A DNA stretch of 42,377 nucleotides, taken from Planctomycetota bacterium. GTDB taxonomy: Bacteria; Planctomycetota; UBA1135. A model generated the notes under the pieces. That model was given only the letters and a program-made list of their open reading frames with translations, was not told where the DNA came from and did no database searches. The stretch lies in assembly GCA_045047305.1 (NCBI GenBank), contig JASFYO010000058.1:1-42377 (forward strand). The letters run 5' to 3'. Shown here piece after piece: positions 27,465 through 37,476 of this stretch. A program made the position numbers and the translations under genes. Position 1 is the first letter of the stretch; each line of letters starts with the position of its first letter.

Positions 27465-27929
27465 CTAGTCTTTGACGAACTCAAAGGCGCCATTGGGCAG
27501 CAAGTAAAGGATGAGCATTTTCCCGCCACTTACGGTTGGTATGTGCACCGAACCTTTGCCATAAACCACCCAGCCTTCAGGGTTGCCATCGAAGGTCGGG
27601 TTACCCTCAAGAGCAAAGCATAAATCGATTTCACCCTCTGGGTGGCGATGACGCGGTCCAGCTCCGTTCATCAAAACCGCGTCAGAACTGAAGTTTAGAG
27701 TCTCTTCCGACTGCTTAAACACGCGCGAGTAACGCAATGGATCTTTTCCATTATGGACCAAACGTCCGGCATTCATTTCTTCCAACATATGCTCACGCAA
27801 AGCCTGAATTGGAGCGCTGTCTAGGGGAAACTCCGCCGCTAAGGCCTCACGCGCGACATCGGGTTGATCTAGGTCGAGGTTGGCGCAAAAGGAAAGCAGT
27901 GGCTGAAGGGAGGCGGGATCGAGTTTCAT
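27465..27929 (-). CDS. DUF4863 / PnbB-like cupin-fold protein
   Basis: FSSDAVLM, GPRHRHPEGEIDL, FDG...GWVVY..GSVH.PTV.GG...ILYLLP.G..EF. Family recognised from memory. Confidence 0.75.
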   Translation of the reverse strand: MKLDPASLQPLLSFCANLDLDQPDVAREALAAEFPLDSAPIQALREHMLEEMNAGRLVHNGKDPLRYSRVFKQSEETLNFSSDAVLMNGAGPRHRHPEGEIDLCFALEGNPTFDGNPEGWVVYGKGSVHIPTVSGGKMLILYLLPNGAFEFVKD

Positions 27930-27937
27930 GTTTCTAA

Positions 27938-29869
27938 TTAGTCGAGGGCGTAACCGAGCTCGGCTAAGGCAGCCGTTTCTTTCGGCGAAAATGCGCGCTG
28001 CGGAATCGACGGATAAAGGTCCAGCTTCATCCGCTCGCGAATGAGGTTCATGAGAATCTCAGCCTGGTCTGGATTTGCAGCCAGCACGTTATCTACTTGA
28101 TTGGGATCGAGGTCGAGACGAAACATGCGCAGCGCTGTGAGTTCGTATTCACCGATCTCGGATTCCCCTAGAGGCAAACCCTTCTCATCCAATTGCGTAT
28201 CTAAGTAACGCATGAAGGTGTGAAGCATCCACGGACCTTGTTGCATCGCTACGCGATCAATCATCACGGCCATGCGAGGGCGGGCTTGCTCAGAATCGGA
28301 GCTCAACACATTGCGTCCATCAAAGTTGTCGGTGCCAAGCCCGGCTAGATCTAACAAAGTAAATCCTGCATCAATCAGCTCTGGAACTTGTTTCAACTCG
28401 CGAGGTGCAATTCCTGGGCCTGCCACAACAAAAGGAATGCGATACTCCTCCTCGTACAAGCTTTCGCCGTGCTCCACGTTACCGTGCTCACCGAATCCTT
28501 CCGCATGGTCAGCGGTGAACAAAATGATCGTCGGGCGTCCACTTGCTTCAACCGCATCAATTAAACGTCCGACTTGTTGGTCGAAGAAAGCAACCTCTTC
28601 CTTATACAAGCCATGCAAGTATGCCCCGCGCTCGCCGCTTTCTGTTGTGACACCACGATGGAACTCATGGCTTAAACTCACTCGCATGTCGAAAGCATCC
28701 GTCACGCTTCGACCATAACCCTCTGGAGTCATGGCTTCAGTAGCCAAAAGGTCTCTAAATTCGGCAGGCGGGATATACGGCGAATGCGGGTCGAAGTACT
28801 GCGCTAAGAAAAAGAATGGGCGCGCATCTTTCTGCAGTCCTTCCAGGTAACGCAAGGATGCATCGGTCGTCCGTTTTCCCTCTTCATAGTGCACTCGATA
28901 ATTCCGACGCGCATCGGAATCCAATAACTTATGCAGTGGGTAGCTGAGAAACCGCGGATTGGTGATGTTGCTAACAAAGCCAAGCATGGAATGCGAGCGC
29001 GACCAATCCATAAAGGCTGCAAAGGAATCCTCGTAGGCGAGGCCATGCCAGGTTTCGAATCCTTCCTCAAAGGTTTGATAATCAGAATCCTGCTTTATCT
29101 GATAGAGCAAGGGATTCGTGACCACCGCGGCAGTGCGATAGCCGGATTCCAGAAAGCGTGAAACAAGCGGCTGATTACGCGATTCCTTAAGGATTTCCGT
29201 CGTGGGCCAACGCGAGTAGTTGCCACGCATGCCAATTTTCTCAACGTCGAAACCCGTTAGCAGAACTAAATGGCTGGGCAAAGTTTGGTTCGCCGGAGCA
29301 GCAGCAAACGGCGCCCATGCACCACGAGCACGCAGGGCATCGAGGTTGGGCGTGGGAATTTCAGGATCGAGGATGGCATCGGCGCGGAGGGTGTCGCAGA
29401 CAATAAGAACGACATCCGGGGAGCCCTCGGCCGGAGCTTGATCCGAAGTCGCGTTCGATAACTCTGGAGCAGGCAGGAGTGGGACGATTTCCCAGTTCGG
29501 CTGCACACCGAAGTAAATCACTGCCGGCAAGAGGTGAGCCGCTAAGCCAAGCATCACGGTCGGTTTCGCCTTCAAAGCAAAAGGCCGCATGATGGCAGCG
29601 CCGACGACTGCTAAAGCAAAGCCTCCGAGGAACCAGGAAGCGAATCCAAGCCCAGCTGCAGCTCCAATCAGCAAAGCCCGGGAGATGGATTTCTTACCTA
29701 GGAAATGCACGCCAAGGCCTAGGATCCATCCTACAAATAGGCCGTTCAAGCTGGCGAGGAACAAGCGTTCGCGCAGCATCGGGTCCATCAAATCCCAGCC
29801 GGCACCAAGCAGCACCAACAAGATGCTCGCCAAAGTTGCGCCGGCTGTAGCGGCAAGAATGCACTTCAT
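27938..29869 (-). CDS. Membrane-anchored sulfatase-like (alkaline phosphatase superfamily) protein with Thr at the nucleophile position
   Basis: Several N-terminal TM helices, then PDVVLIVCDTLRAD, TLPSHLVLLTG, FDPHSPY.PP, Y.EEV...DQQVG, TADHAEGFGEHG..EHG. Confidence 0.88.
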   Translation of the reverse strand: MKCILAATAGATLASILLVLLGAGWDLMDPMLRERLFLASLNGLFVGWILGLGVHFLGKKSISRALLIGAAAGLGFASWFLGGFALAVVGAAIMRPFALKAKPTVMLGLAAHLLPAVIYFGVQPNWEIVPLLPAPELSNATSDQAPAEGSPDVVLIVCDTLRADAILDPEIPTPNLDALRARGAWAPFAAAPANQTLPSHLVLLTGFDVEKIGMRGNYSRWPTTEILKESRNQPLVSRFLESGYRTAAVVTNPLLYQIKQDSDYQTFEEGFETWHGLAYEDSFAAFMDWSRSHSMLGFVSNITNPRFLSYPLHKLLDSDARRNYRVHYEEGKRTTDASLRYLEGLQKDARPFFFLAQYFDPHSPYIPPAEFRDLLATEAMTPEGYGRSVTDAFDMRVSLSHEFHRGVTTESGERGAYLHGLYKEEVAFFDQQVGRLIDAVEASGRPTIILFTADHAEGFGEHGNVEHGESLYEEEYRIPFVVAGPGIAPRELKQVPELIDAGFTLLDLAGLGTDNFDGRNVLSSDSEQARPRMAVMIDRVAMQQGPWMLHTFMRYLDTQLDEKGLPLGESEIGEYELTALRMFRLDLDPNQVDNVLAANPDQAEILMNLIRERMKLDLYPSIPQRAFSPKETAALAELGYALD

Positions 29870-29896
29870 GCCTGTAGTTTAACCGCGTCGGTGGAC

Positions 29897-31267
29897 CTAC
29901 TTACCTTCGGCAGCATCCCAAGCTTTGGCACGCAGAGCTTCAATATCTGTAACCGAGCGCGGCACCACCGAAGTAATCAATTCATAGCCATCTTCGGTGA
30001 TGACCACAATATCCTCAATTCGCACTCCGAGCCCTTCTTCTGGAATATAAATTCCGGGCTCCACAGTCAGGGCCATCCCTGGCACGAACTTTCCAGAGTA
30101 GTTCCCTACGTCGTGCGTGGCCAAGCCCAACCAATGCGAAGTGCCATGAGGCATGTACTTCAAAAACCCACGTTCACGCAAAACCGCCTTGGCTGCGCGA
30201 TCGACTTGTGCAATCGTGCTTCCTGGCTTGCACATTTTGAATGCAGCTTCTTGCGCATCGTACACCGTTTGATAAATCTCCAACTGACGCTCACTAAACT
30301 TGCGCGAAGTTGGCCACGAACGGGAGATGTCGGCCACGTAATGGTTGTACTCAGGACCGTAATCAATCATCACTACTTCATTGTCGAGTAGCTCGCGATG
30401 ATTCTCGTTGTAGTGCAAGGTGCAGGCGTTCGGTCCAGAAGCCACGATTGCTGCATATCCGCCAAGCCCCATGCCACCAGCCATCTGGAACTCATAGGTC
30501 ATGCGTGCAGCAAGTTGCCATTCGCGATCACCCGGCATCGCCGTTTCCATGACGGCAATGTGCCCAGCAGCGCCCGCAATACACGCGCGACGCATAGCCT
30601 CCACTTCTTCAGGCGTTTTAACCACGCGCATAGCATCGATGGAAACGGTGATATTCTTCACCTTGAAGTCGTGCTTCTCGCGCAGTTTCTTACTGAACTG
30701 CTGTTCGCGAGTCACGCGGCCATCGTAAACGTCGGCCCGGACTTCACGCGCCCAACTCTGAAGGTTATCGCGCGACATCATCCAGTTTTCCGCCGGCTCA
30801 CCTTGGGCGTAAACAACCTTGTACTTCTTCGATAACTCACTTAACAGTTTCTCCAAACCAGAGCTGTTCTTTCCGAGCTCTAAAGTGTCTTGAATGCCGG
30901 TGATTTCGCTCGCCTCGGCTGGATCAATCAGATTCCCCAACCAAACTTCTTCCATCGCACCGACAGCTGGAGTTAACAAGTACTGATGTCGCTTGTCGGT
31001 GGTCATGACCAACACAGCATTTGGCGTGGTGATTCCGGTGAAGTACCAAAAGTTGTTGTCCTGACGGAACTCCTGGTAGGACCGGTTCGAACCCTGCCCG
31101 CGCAAAATGATGATGCCCTTGTCCTTATCGGCGAAAAAATCAAGCAGCGCATCGCGACGCTCCGCATGCCATGCCGAGTTAAAAAGTTCCTGACCGCGGC
31201 CGTCGGCAGGTTGCTGCTGAGGCATGGCAGCGAAAGCAAGAATGCTAGAAGTAAGGAGTGCGAGCAT
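29897..31267 (-). CDS. pepP: Xaa-Pro aminopeptidase (M24B) with signal peptide
   Basis: FRQDNNFWYFTG, RVVKTPEE, IVASGPNACTLHY, IDYG...YVADISR, HGTSHWLGL.THD, TVEPGIY, GVRIEDIV. Confidence 0.93.
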   Translation of the reverse strand: MLALLTSSILAFAAMPQQQPADGRGQELFNSAWHAERRDALLDFFADKDKGIIILRGQGSNRSYQEFRQDNNFWYFTGITTPNAVLVMTTDKRHQYLLTPAVGAMEEVWLGNLIDPAEASEITGIQDTLELGKNSSGLEKLLSELSKKYKVVYAQGEPAENWMMSRDNLQSWAREVRADVYDGRVTREQQFSKKLREKHDFKVKNITVSIDAMRVVKTPEEVEAMRRACIAGAAGHIAVMETAMPGDREWQLAARMTYEFQMAGGMGLGGYAAIVASGPNACTLHYNENHRELLDNEVVMIDYGPEYNHYVADISRSWPTSRKFSERQLEIYQTVYDAQEAAFKMCKPGSTIAQVDRAAKAVLRERGFLKYMPHGTSHWLGLATHDVGNYSGKFVPGMALTVEPGIYIPEEGLGVRIEDIVVITEDGYELITSVVPRSVTDIEALRAKAWDAAEGK

Positions 31268-31306
31268 GACTAGGCGATTCTACGTGCGCTCTGCAACAAT
31301 GTTGGG

Positions 31307-32464
31307 ATGGATGCCCCGTTGTATCTGGACCACGCCGCCACCACCCCGCCCCTGCCCGAGGCGCTTGAAGCCTTTCAGCAGGCGGTGGATTTTGGTTTCG
31401 CGAATCCGGGGTCGCTGCACCAAGCCGGTGCCGATGCCGCGCGTTTGATTGAGAAAGCGCGCAAGTCCCTGAAGGAATCCTTTGGCGCCCGCAAGTATCG
31501 GGTGGTGTGGACTGCCACCGGCACCGAAGGCAACCACTTAGGGATTCAGGGCTTGGCGCGGGCGCAGCGGAAAGTTGTGGAGCGCAAGGGGCTTAAGCCT
31601 CGTGTCCTAGTCGGCGCCCTTGAACATCCAAGCGCTCTTCTTGCAGCCGAAGCGCTAACTGCAGAAGGCTTTGTTGTGGAGCAGTTAGCGAGCGATCACA
31701 ACGGCATCATTCGACCAGAAATCCTTGAAGCAGCCCTGGGCGACGACGTGGTCCTGATCACCATCCAGTGGGCCAATAATGAGATTGGTGCGCTCAATCC
31801 GATTCAAGAACTCGTCGCGCGCACTCGCCGGGGAGCCCAGCATGCGCTTTTTCACTGTGATGCGGTGCAGGCCGTCGGCAAATGCTCCACTCCACTCGAT
31901 CGTCTAGGAGCTGATAGTTATGCGGTTGCTGCACATAAGTTGGGCGGCATCCGCGGATGTGCCGCTTTCCTTTTGCGCGAGGGATGCATAGAGCCACAAG
32001 CCATGTTCGTCGGCGGCGGTCATGAAGATGGTTTGCGTTCCGGAACCGAGAACACCATGGGCATTGTTGCTTTTGCCGCAGCCGCCAAGGTTCGACGCCG
32101 CTGGATCAATGCCGATCCAAGGTTCCTCCACCAACGCCGCGCCACTCTCCTAACCGGTCTCCGCGATGTCTTCCCCAATCTAGTGGTGCTTGGTCCGGAA
32201 AGCGATGCGGAAATCCTCGGCGCCGTTCTTGCACTTGCGATTCCAGGGATTCGCGCCGAAACCTTTTTGCATAAGCTCGAGGCTCAAGGTGTTTTTGTCG
32301 GCAGCGGTTCGGCATGCAACGCACATGGGCATACCGAGTCTGCGGTTCTTGGCGCAATTGGGCTGGAAGAGAATCTGCGCAATAGTGTATTGCGAATTTC
32401 TCTTTGTGGGGATGAGAGTGAAAGTGATTTAGGCAAGGTTGTTGCTGCGTTTCAAAACGCATAA
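31307..32464 (+). CDS. Cysteine desulfurase (NifS/IscS group I, PLP-dependent)
   Basis: YLDHAATTP, ANPGSLH, EHPSA, NNEIG, HCDAVQAVGK, AAHKLGG (PLP Lys), RSGTEN, GSGSAC (catalytic Cys). Confidence 0.93.
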   Translation: MDAPLYLDHAATTPPLPEALEAFQQAVDFGFANPGSLHQAGADAARLIEKARKSLKESFGARKYRVVWTATGTEGNHLGIQGLARAQRKVVERKGLKPRVLVGALEHPSALLAAEALTAEGFVVEQLASDHNGIIRPEILEAALGDDVVLITIQWANNEIGALNPIQELVARTRRGAQHALFHCDAVQAVGKCSTPLDRLGADSYAVAAHKLGGIRGCAAFLLREGCIEPQAMFVGGGHEDGLRSGTENTMGIVAFAAAAKVRRRWINADPRFLHQRRATLLTGLRDVFPNLVVLGPESDAEILGAVLALAIPGIRAETFLHKLEAQGVFVGSGSACNAHGHTESAVLGAIGLEENLRNSVLRISLCGDESESDLGKVVAAFQNA

Positions 32465-32476
32465 ACCGCGAGCAGG

Positions 32477-34657
32477 CTATTTCTCTGTGGCCTGCTTGGT
32501 TAAGTACAGGGAAAAAGACTCGCCCGCGTGATAATCCCAGTGATTCTCATCTAGGGCATACTCCACTGAAAGTACTGCGAATTTCACCACGGCATCTCCC
32601 GCTGTCGGGATATTAATTTCACGCGCGACACCATTCTCAAAGAAAAGGGTTTCCGCCCAATACCTAGGCTCGGTTGCCTTGATATAAATCTGTGCGCGAA
32701 AGTTGAGGTCGCCTTCTGGTGGTTCAAAGTAAACCGTCATGCGCCCGGGGTTAATGGGCTGCATTTCGACTTCCATTTGCCATACATCTGCATTGCGCTG
32801 CACTGCAGCGTTATCCAAAAAGATGGGTAGATAGCCATCGGCGGTCACTTCTAGTAGATCTAAATGATCGACTGCCATCCAACCTTCAAAGCGTCCGTTC
32901 GAGCCCTTCGCAGAAGAGCCACAAAATCCATCCGCATCCTCTGGCAAGACTCGTTGAACCACAAAGGAGGAAATGGGGCTCTGACTTACGGAATCGATGG
33001 CCCGGATGGACGTTTCTTGGAACCGTGGAAGAACAATGACTGGGTTATTGTCCTCCGGCACAACCATATAGTTCTCCGATTCAGTAAAGCTACACGTCGC
33101 CAGCCAAACCGCGTAACCATCCTGAGAAGGCTTGTCTTCCAAGATCTGATCTAAGTAGTAGGTTGCTTCCGGAAGGCCAAAGAAATGAAATGCCCCCTGT
33201 GGGCCCGTTCGCGCTGCGACTAATGGGTGGTGCTCCATCCATCGCCATCCGGTTGCGCTTTTCCTATCAACGACTTCATAGGGCGGGCGATCATCATCAA
33301 GGACGTAGAGACCAAGCGTAGCTTCTGCTGGTTCGCCATCAGCCCAAATAGCGCGCCCATCGATTTCATAGCCCCGGCGTAAGCGAAGACTTACATAACC
33401 CCCAGAAAAATTTGGGTCCATCGAAGATCCCTTAGGGCGCGACCTCAAATAGCCATCCACCGTGACGCACCCATCTGCCGAAACACGCACTCTATGACTT
33501 AGCGTGGGTGAATCAAGGGTGAAGAGTCCATCTTCGTCTTGCTTAAGAAGCTCACTCATTTTTATAGACCTTTTCACCTCGACCTTAAGACTTTGCCTCT
33601 CAACCCCAGGTGGAAGATCAACCTGCAGCACAAGTGGAGGCTGCGGGGTGAGTTGAAAACGGATTTGCTCACCACTTTCTTTTGGGGTTATTCGCTTTTG
33701 GGCATACCCCAGCTGCGCATCCTTCGCCCAAAACCTATGCTCCACATCGAGGAGTAAAGAGCATGAGGCCTGACCTTTTTCATCCGTTGTCTGCTCCGTA
33801 CCTTGGAAGCGGCCAGAAGCCCCGCCCGGGAAGTCCGAATCTACAGCATAAGCGCCAACCATTACGCCCGGAAGTGGGTCACCAGCGTCGTCCACCACCG
33901 ATATGGTTCCTACTCCTTGATGGAAAATTTCAATCGTATCCGTTCCTGGATAGATCCAATACTTCATAGGTGCGTAATCGCTTTGCGCTGGGACTTCACT
34001 GAGAAAAGCTAAGCGGAATTGTTGCGCACGCGGAATACGAACGATGCCATCCACATTGGATTCCCATTCCCCAGCTGCAAATTTCTTCTGCGCGGTGGAA
34101 TCTGGGCAGCGAAAGCGCACACCTGCTACGGGCTCTTTCGTTTTGGAATCAAGACAGATGATCGCTTGATAATCAACCACCTTGGCTAGAGTGATATGTA
34201 AGGTTTGCGCTTTTGTTTCGCCGGGCACCCAAGTCGCGCCGTCGGACCAATAACCCTCTGCTTGCGCAAAAAAAGTGCTCCGCTGTTGAGGTATCTCCAG
34301 GATCAAACCAATCCCTTTACTTGCAGACCAACTTAATTCCTTCTGCTGATTATCTTCAGTGTGCCAGGCGACCTCAGCATTCTGAATGGGTTGACCCATT
34401 TCGTCTTCTACAAAAACCTCTAGTGATTGCGATTTAGGTTTAGGTTTAGGGACGTCTCTCTCTTGCAGATTGACTCGAGAGATATCCTCCTTTTCAACAC
34501 TTTGCGCCGTGAGGGGAGTGGGCGCTTTAGGATCAAGAGAAGCCGATTGGTCAGAAGAGGATTCCTGTTCGACGGGATACGCCGGTTGGTGTTGAAAAGC
34601 GAAATAAACTCCAAGCGCTCCGATGAAAAAAATAATAAGAAGCCATCTCTTCTGCAT
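32477..34657 (-). CDS. Membrane-anchored protein with carboxypeptidase-regulatory-like beta-sandwich repeats
   Basis: N-terminal TM anchor and low-complexity linker, then repeated V.D..G.P(I/L/V).G/NA.V motifs (EDEMGQPIQNAEV, DSKTKEPVAGV, DDAGDPLPGVMV, WADGEPA) and GAFHFFGLP...Y. Confidence 0.75.
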   Translation of the reverse strand: MQKRWLLIIFFIGALGVYFAFQHQPAYPVEQESSSDQSASLDPKAPTPLTAQSVEKEDISRVNLQERDVPKPKPKSQSLEVFVEDEMGQPIQNAEVAWHTEDNQQKELSWSASKGIGLILEIPQQRSTFFAQAEGYWSDGATWVPGETKAQTLHITLAKVVDYQAIICLDSKTKEPVAGVRFRCPDSTAQKKFAAGEWESNVDGIVRIPRAQQFRLAFLSEVPAQSDYAPMKYWIYPGTDTIEIFHQGVGTISVVDDAGDPLPGVMVGAYAVDSDFPGGASGRFQGTEQTTDEKGQASCSLLLDVEHRFWAKDAQLGYAQKRITPKESGEQIRFQLTPQPPLVLQVDLPPGVERQSLKVEVKRSIKMSELLKQDEDGLFTLDSPTLSHRVRVSADGCVTVDGYLRSRPKGSSMDPNFSGGYVSLRLRRGYEIDGRAIWADGEPAEATLGLYVLDDDRPPYEVVDRKSATGWRWMEHHPLVAARTGPQGAFHFFGLPEATYYLDQILEDKPSQDGYAVWLATCSFTESENYMVVPEDNNPVIVLPRFQETSIRAIDSVSQSPISSFVVQRVLPEDADGFCGSSAKGSNGRFEGWMAVDHLDLLEVTADGYLPIFLDNAAVQRNADVWQMEVEMQPINPGRMTVYFEPPEGDLNFRAQIYIKATEPRYWAETLFFENGVAREINIPTAGDAVVKFAVLSVEYALDENHWDYHAGESFSLYLTKQATEK

Positions 34658-34801
34658 CCATCCATAGTAGCAGCTATTCCCTAGGTATCGGTCCCACTTG
34701 TAGGCTCCTCACCCCGAGACTTTCAGTCCAGTGCCTGTTCCAATCCACTGCTCTTGCCACCGTTTCAATGGCTGCAATCGAGACCGTAGCAAACCCAATG
34801 T

Positions 34802-34848
34802 TAAGCGCGACAAGACCCACCCATACTAAGGTGATCTTGCCGCGTTTA
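34802..34848 (-). terminator. 3' hairpin downstream of nrdJ (possible terminator or stability element)
   Basis: Minus strand TAAACGCGGCAAGATCACC-TTAGTATG-GGTGGGTCTTGTCGCGCTTA, a long imperfect stem with only a weak U tract. Confidence 0.5.
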
Positions 34849-34879
34849 GTTTTTGAACTCGAGTGTTAAGCCTTACTGC

Positions 34880-37414
34880 TTAACACTGCGAATATCCGCA
34901 ACCCTGACACTTGCAGCAACCTTCTTCGAAAATCAAGTTATTCACCTCGCAGGATGGACACTTAATCTTGAAGGCGCCGCCGGTTCCGGTGCCAGCGCGT
35001 GAGCCCGTGCCGTTAACGGCAGATGCCTTTTGCGCAGGATCACCGTGCATTTGTTCGGCATCGACTTCACCGAGCAAGATGGCGCGTAGGCCGAAACGCT
35101 CCTTCACACTTATGTAACGCTGAAGGGATTTCGCAAGTCCGTCGGCGAGCGACATAATGCGACCATCGCGGCTCGGCACGGTTAAGGAAGAGCCAATGCC
35201 TTCGAGTTGCTTCAGCACCAGATTGAGTTCGCCGCCGCAACGCAGGAACAAGGAAATCATGCGACACACGGCTTCCAAGTCGGAGTTGGCGACGTCTCCG
35301 CCTTTGCCGAGTTGGGCAAAAACTTCCATCTCGCGTTCGGTTTTGGGATCGACCGAAATCTTCACGTGCATGTTGCCGAACGGAGTCAGCTGGCGCACCC
35401 GAATGCTTGGCATGATTTCCGGAAGCTTGACCGGAACCAGCGGTTGGTAAGCGGTTGGAATGGAGTCTGCAGCGGCAGATTCCTTTTCTTTCAGCGCCAT
35501 CGGCTGCATATCGCGACATCCATCACGGTACACAGTGACACCTTTACAACCTTCACGCCATGCCAAGAGGTAAGCAGTGCGCACATCTTCCTCGGTGGAA
35601 TCGTGCGGCAGGTTAATCGTTTTTGAAACTGCGTTATCAATCGAACTCTGCCATGCCGCTTGCATCAGGATGTGCTCGCGTGGTTTGACATCGTGCGCAG
35701 TGACGAAGGTGTCACGAATTTCCTGCGACAAGTTGGTGCTCTCAATCGTGCCCTCCTCCAGCGCGATGTCGATAATGGTTTCGATATCTGCTGCGGAGCA
35801 TCCGGCGTCGACGAGTGCGGCGCGGAAGTCATCATTCACTTCCTTCATCACCACTGGAACGCCGTCTGCATTCTTCATCACCTGGCGTTGGAAAGCCAAA
35901 CTGAACAGTGGCTCAATGCCACCGGAACATGCGGCGATGATGGAAATGGTTCCGGTTGGGGCGACGGTAGTCACGTGCGAGTTCCTGCGCTTATTCTTCC
36001 CATCCATTTCCGGCTTGGATCCTTCCCAAGCGGTGAACACCGGACGTCCATCCTTCTCTACCAAAGCTTCCGATGCAATCAAGCTCTGATCGGTCAAGCG
36101 TGCAGAAAGCGCACGCGCGATGCTGAAGCTCTGCTCCGATCCATAACGCACACCCAACTGAAACAGCAAGTCTGCGAAACCCATCACACCCAATCCAATC
36201 CGACGCTCCTGTTCCGCGCGTTCACGGATTTCCTCAATCGGGTAGTTGTTGATGGTGATGACATCGTCCAAGAAACGGACGCTGTCGTGCACTGCGGTAT
36301 CGAAACGGTCCCAATCAAAACGCTCTTCCCAAGCGGCTGCCTGTGGAGCATCCGACTTATAGAAGGTGTTGAGATTGATCGAGCCGAGATTGCAAGAACC
36401 GTAGGGAAGCAACCACTGCTCACCACAAGGATTGGTTGCCTCGTAAGTGCCCAAGTTCGGCACCTGGTTGTCCTCGTTCGCACGATCGACAAACAACATA
36501 CCTGGCTCGCCGTTGCGCCATGCGTGCTCGATGACTTGATCCATCACCTCGCCATAGGTCCAGTAATCGATACCTGCAGGGCCTTCACCGGCAGCGAAGG
36601 CATCGTAATCGGCCTCAGAGCAGCGGCGGCCGACCGACTTACGCAGCCACGCCTTTTGTCCGCCATTTGGATTCACCACCAACATACGCTCTTCGGGACC
36701 ATCGACCACGCGCTGCATCCAATCGTTGGTGACACCCACCGAGATGTTGTAGTTCGTCCAACGAGTGAGATTGTCTTTCGCACGCAGGAACTCCAATACA
36801 TCTGGATGATCACAACGCATCACGCCCATGTTTGCGCCGCGGCGGAATGCGCCTTGCTGGATCGCGTCGGTGCCGGAGGAGTAGGCATCGATAAAGGAAA
36901 GCGGTCCGGAAGTGCGACCGCCAGAACTAGCGACGATGGAACCGTCCGGGCGTAAGCTCGAAAATGAGAACCCCGTGCCGCCGCCGGCTTTTTGAATCAA
37001 AGCCACGTGCTTCAAGGTGGTGAAGATGCCGTCGATGGAATCTTCCACCGGTAGCACGAAGCAGGCCGACAACATGCCCATCGAGCGGCCAGCATTCATC
37101 AAGGTTGGCGAGTTCGGCATGAAAGTGCCGCTGGCCATCAGGTCGTAAAAACGACGCAACCACTTGTCACCCACCGGCTTGCCGAGCTCACGGTATTCCG
37201 GAGCCGCAATTGCAGTTGCTACCCGCCAAAAAAGACCTTTCGGGGTCTCGACCACCTCTCCAGTGATCTCATCCTTGGCGAGATAACGGTTCGCCAAAAC
37301 GGTACAGGAATTCTCGGAGAGTCTTGGCTCAGGCAGGTCGTCGGGCAAAGACGCGGCTACCGGGCTCTGAGGCTCTTGGGAGCGGGGGGGAGTAGTTTTC
37401 TGAGAGCGGGACAT
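34880..37414 (-). CDS. nrdJ: Class II (adenosylcobalamin-dependent) ribonucleotide reductase with fused TSCPD domain and C-terminal Zn ribbon
   Basis: FMPNSPTLMNAG, LSACFV, GGGTGFSFS.LR, RRGANMG, TNPCGEQ, CNLGSINL, RRIGLGVMG, APTGTISI, VSKTIN, KGVTVYRDG, then CPSC...EEGCCKCQGCGYSQC. Confidence 0.96.
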   Translation of the reverse strand: MSRSQKTTPPRSQEPQSPVAASLPDDLPEPRLSENSCTVLANRYLAKDEITGEVVETPKGLFWRVATAIAAPEYRELGKPVGDKWLRRFYDLMASGTFMPNSPTLMNAGRSMGMLSACFVLPVEDSIDGIFTTLKHVALIQKAGGGTGFSFSSLRPDGSIVASSGGRTSGPLSFIDAYSSGTDAIQQGAFRRGANMGVMRCDHPDVLEFLRAKDNLTRWTNYNISVGVTNDWMQRVVDGPEERMLVVNPNGGQKAWLRKSVGRRCSEADYDAFAAGEGPAGIDYWTYGEVMDQVIEHAWRNGEPGMLFVDRANEDNQVPNLGTYEATNPCGEQWLLPYGSCNLGSINLNTFYKSDAPQAAAWEERFDWDRFDTAVHDSVRFLDDVITINNYPIEEIRERAEQERRIGLGVMGFADLLFQLGVRYGSEQSFSIARALSARLTDQSLIASEALVEKDGRPVFTAWEGSKPEMDGKNKRRNSHVTTVAPTGTISIIAACSGGIEPLFSLAFQRQVMKNADGVPVVMKEVNDDFRAALVDAGCSAADIETIIDIALEEGTIESTNLSQEIRDTFVTAHDVKPREHILMQAAWQSSIDNAVSKTINLPHDSTEEDVRTAYLLAWREGCKGVTVYRDGCRDMQPMALKEKESAAADSIPTAYQPLVPVKLPEIMPSIRVRQLTPFGNMHVKISVDPKTEREMEVFAQLGKGGDVANSDLEAVCRMISLFLRCGGELNLVLKQLEGIGSSLTVPSRDGRIMSLADGLAKSLQRYISVKERFGLRAILLGEVDAEQMHGDPAQKASAVNGTGSRAGTGTGGAFKIKCPSCEVNNLIFEEGCCKCQGCGYSQC

Positions 37415-37476
37415 GTTGATTCGGATTCTGGCTTAAGAACGTACCGCGATTCCGCCCAAGCTTCTAGCTGAATTTC

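Noticed and set aside
35660..36955. 431-aa plus-strand ORF
   Set aside because: It lies entirely antisense to nrdJ and has no recognisable motifs, so it is a shadow ORF from codon bias.
34880..37414. Intein or intron in nrdJ
   Set aside because: The ORF is continuous and of normal length, with no intein splice-junction or homing-endonuclease motifs. The insertion is only a few dozen residues.
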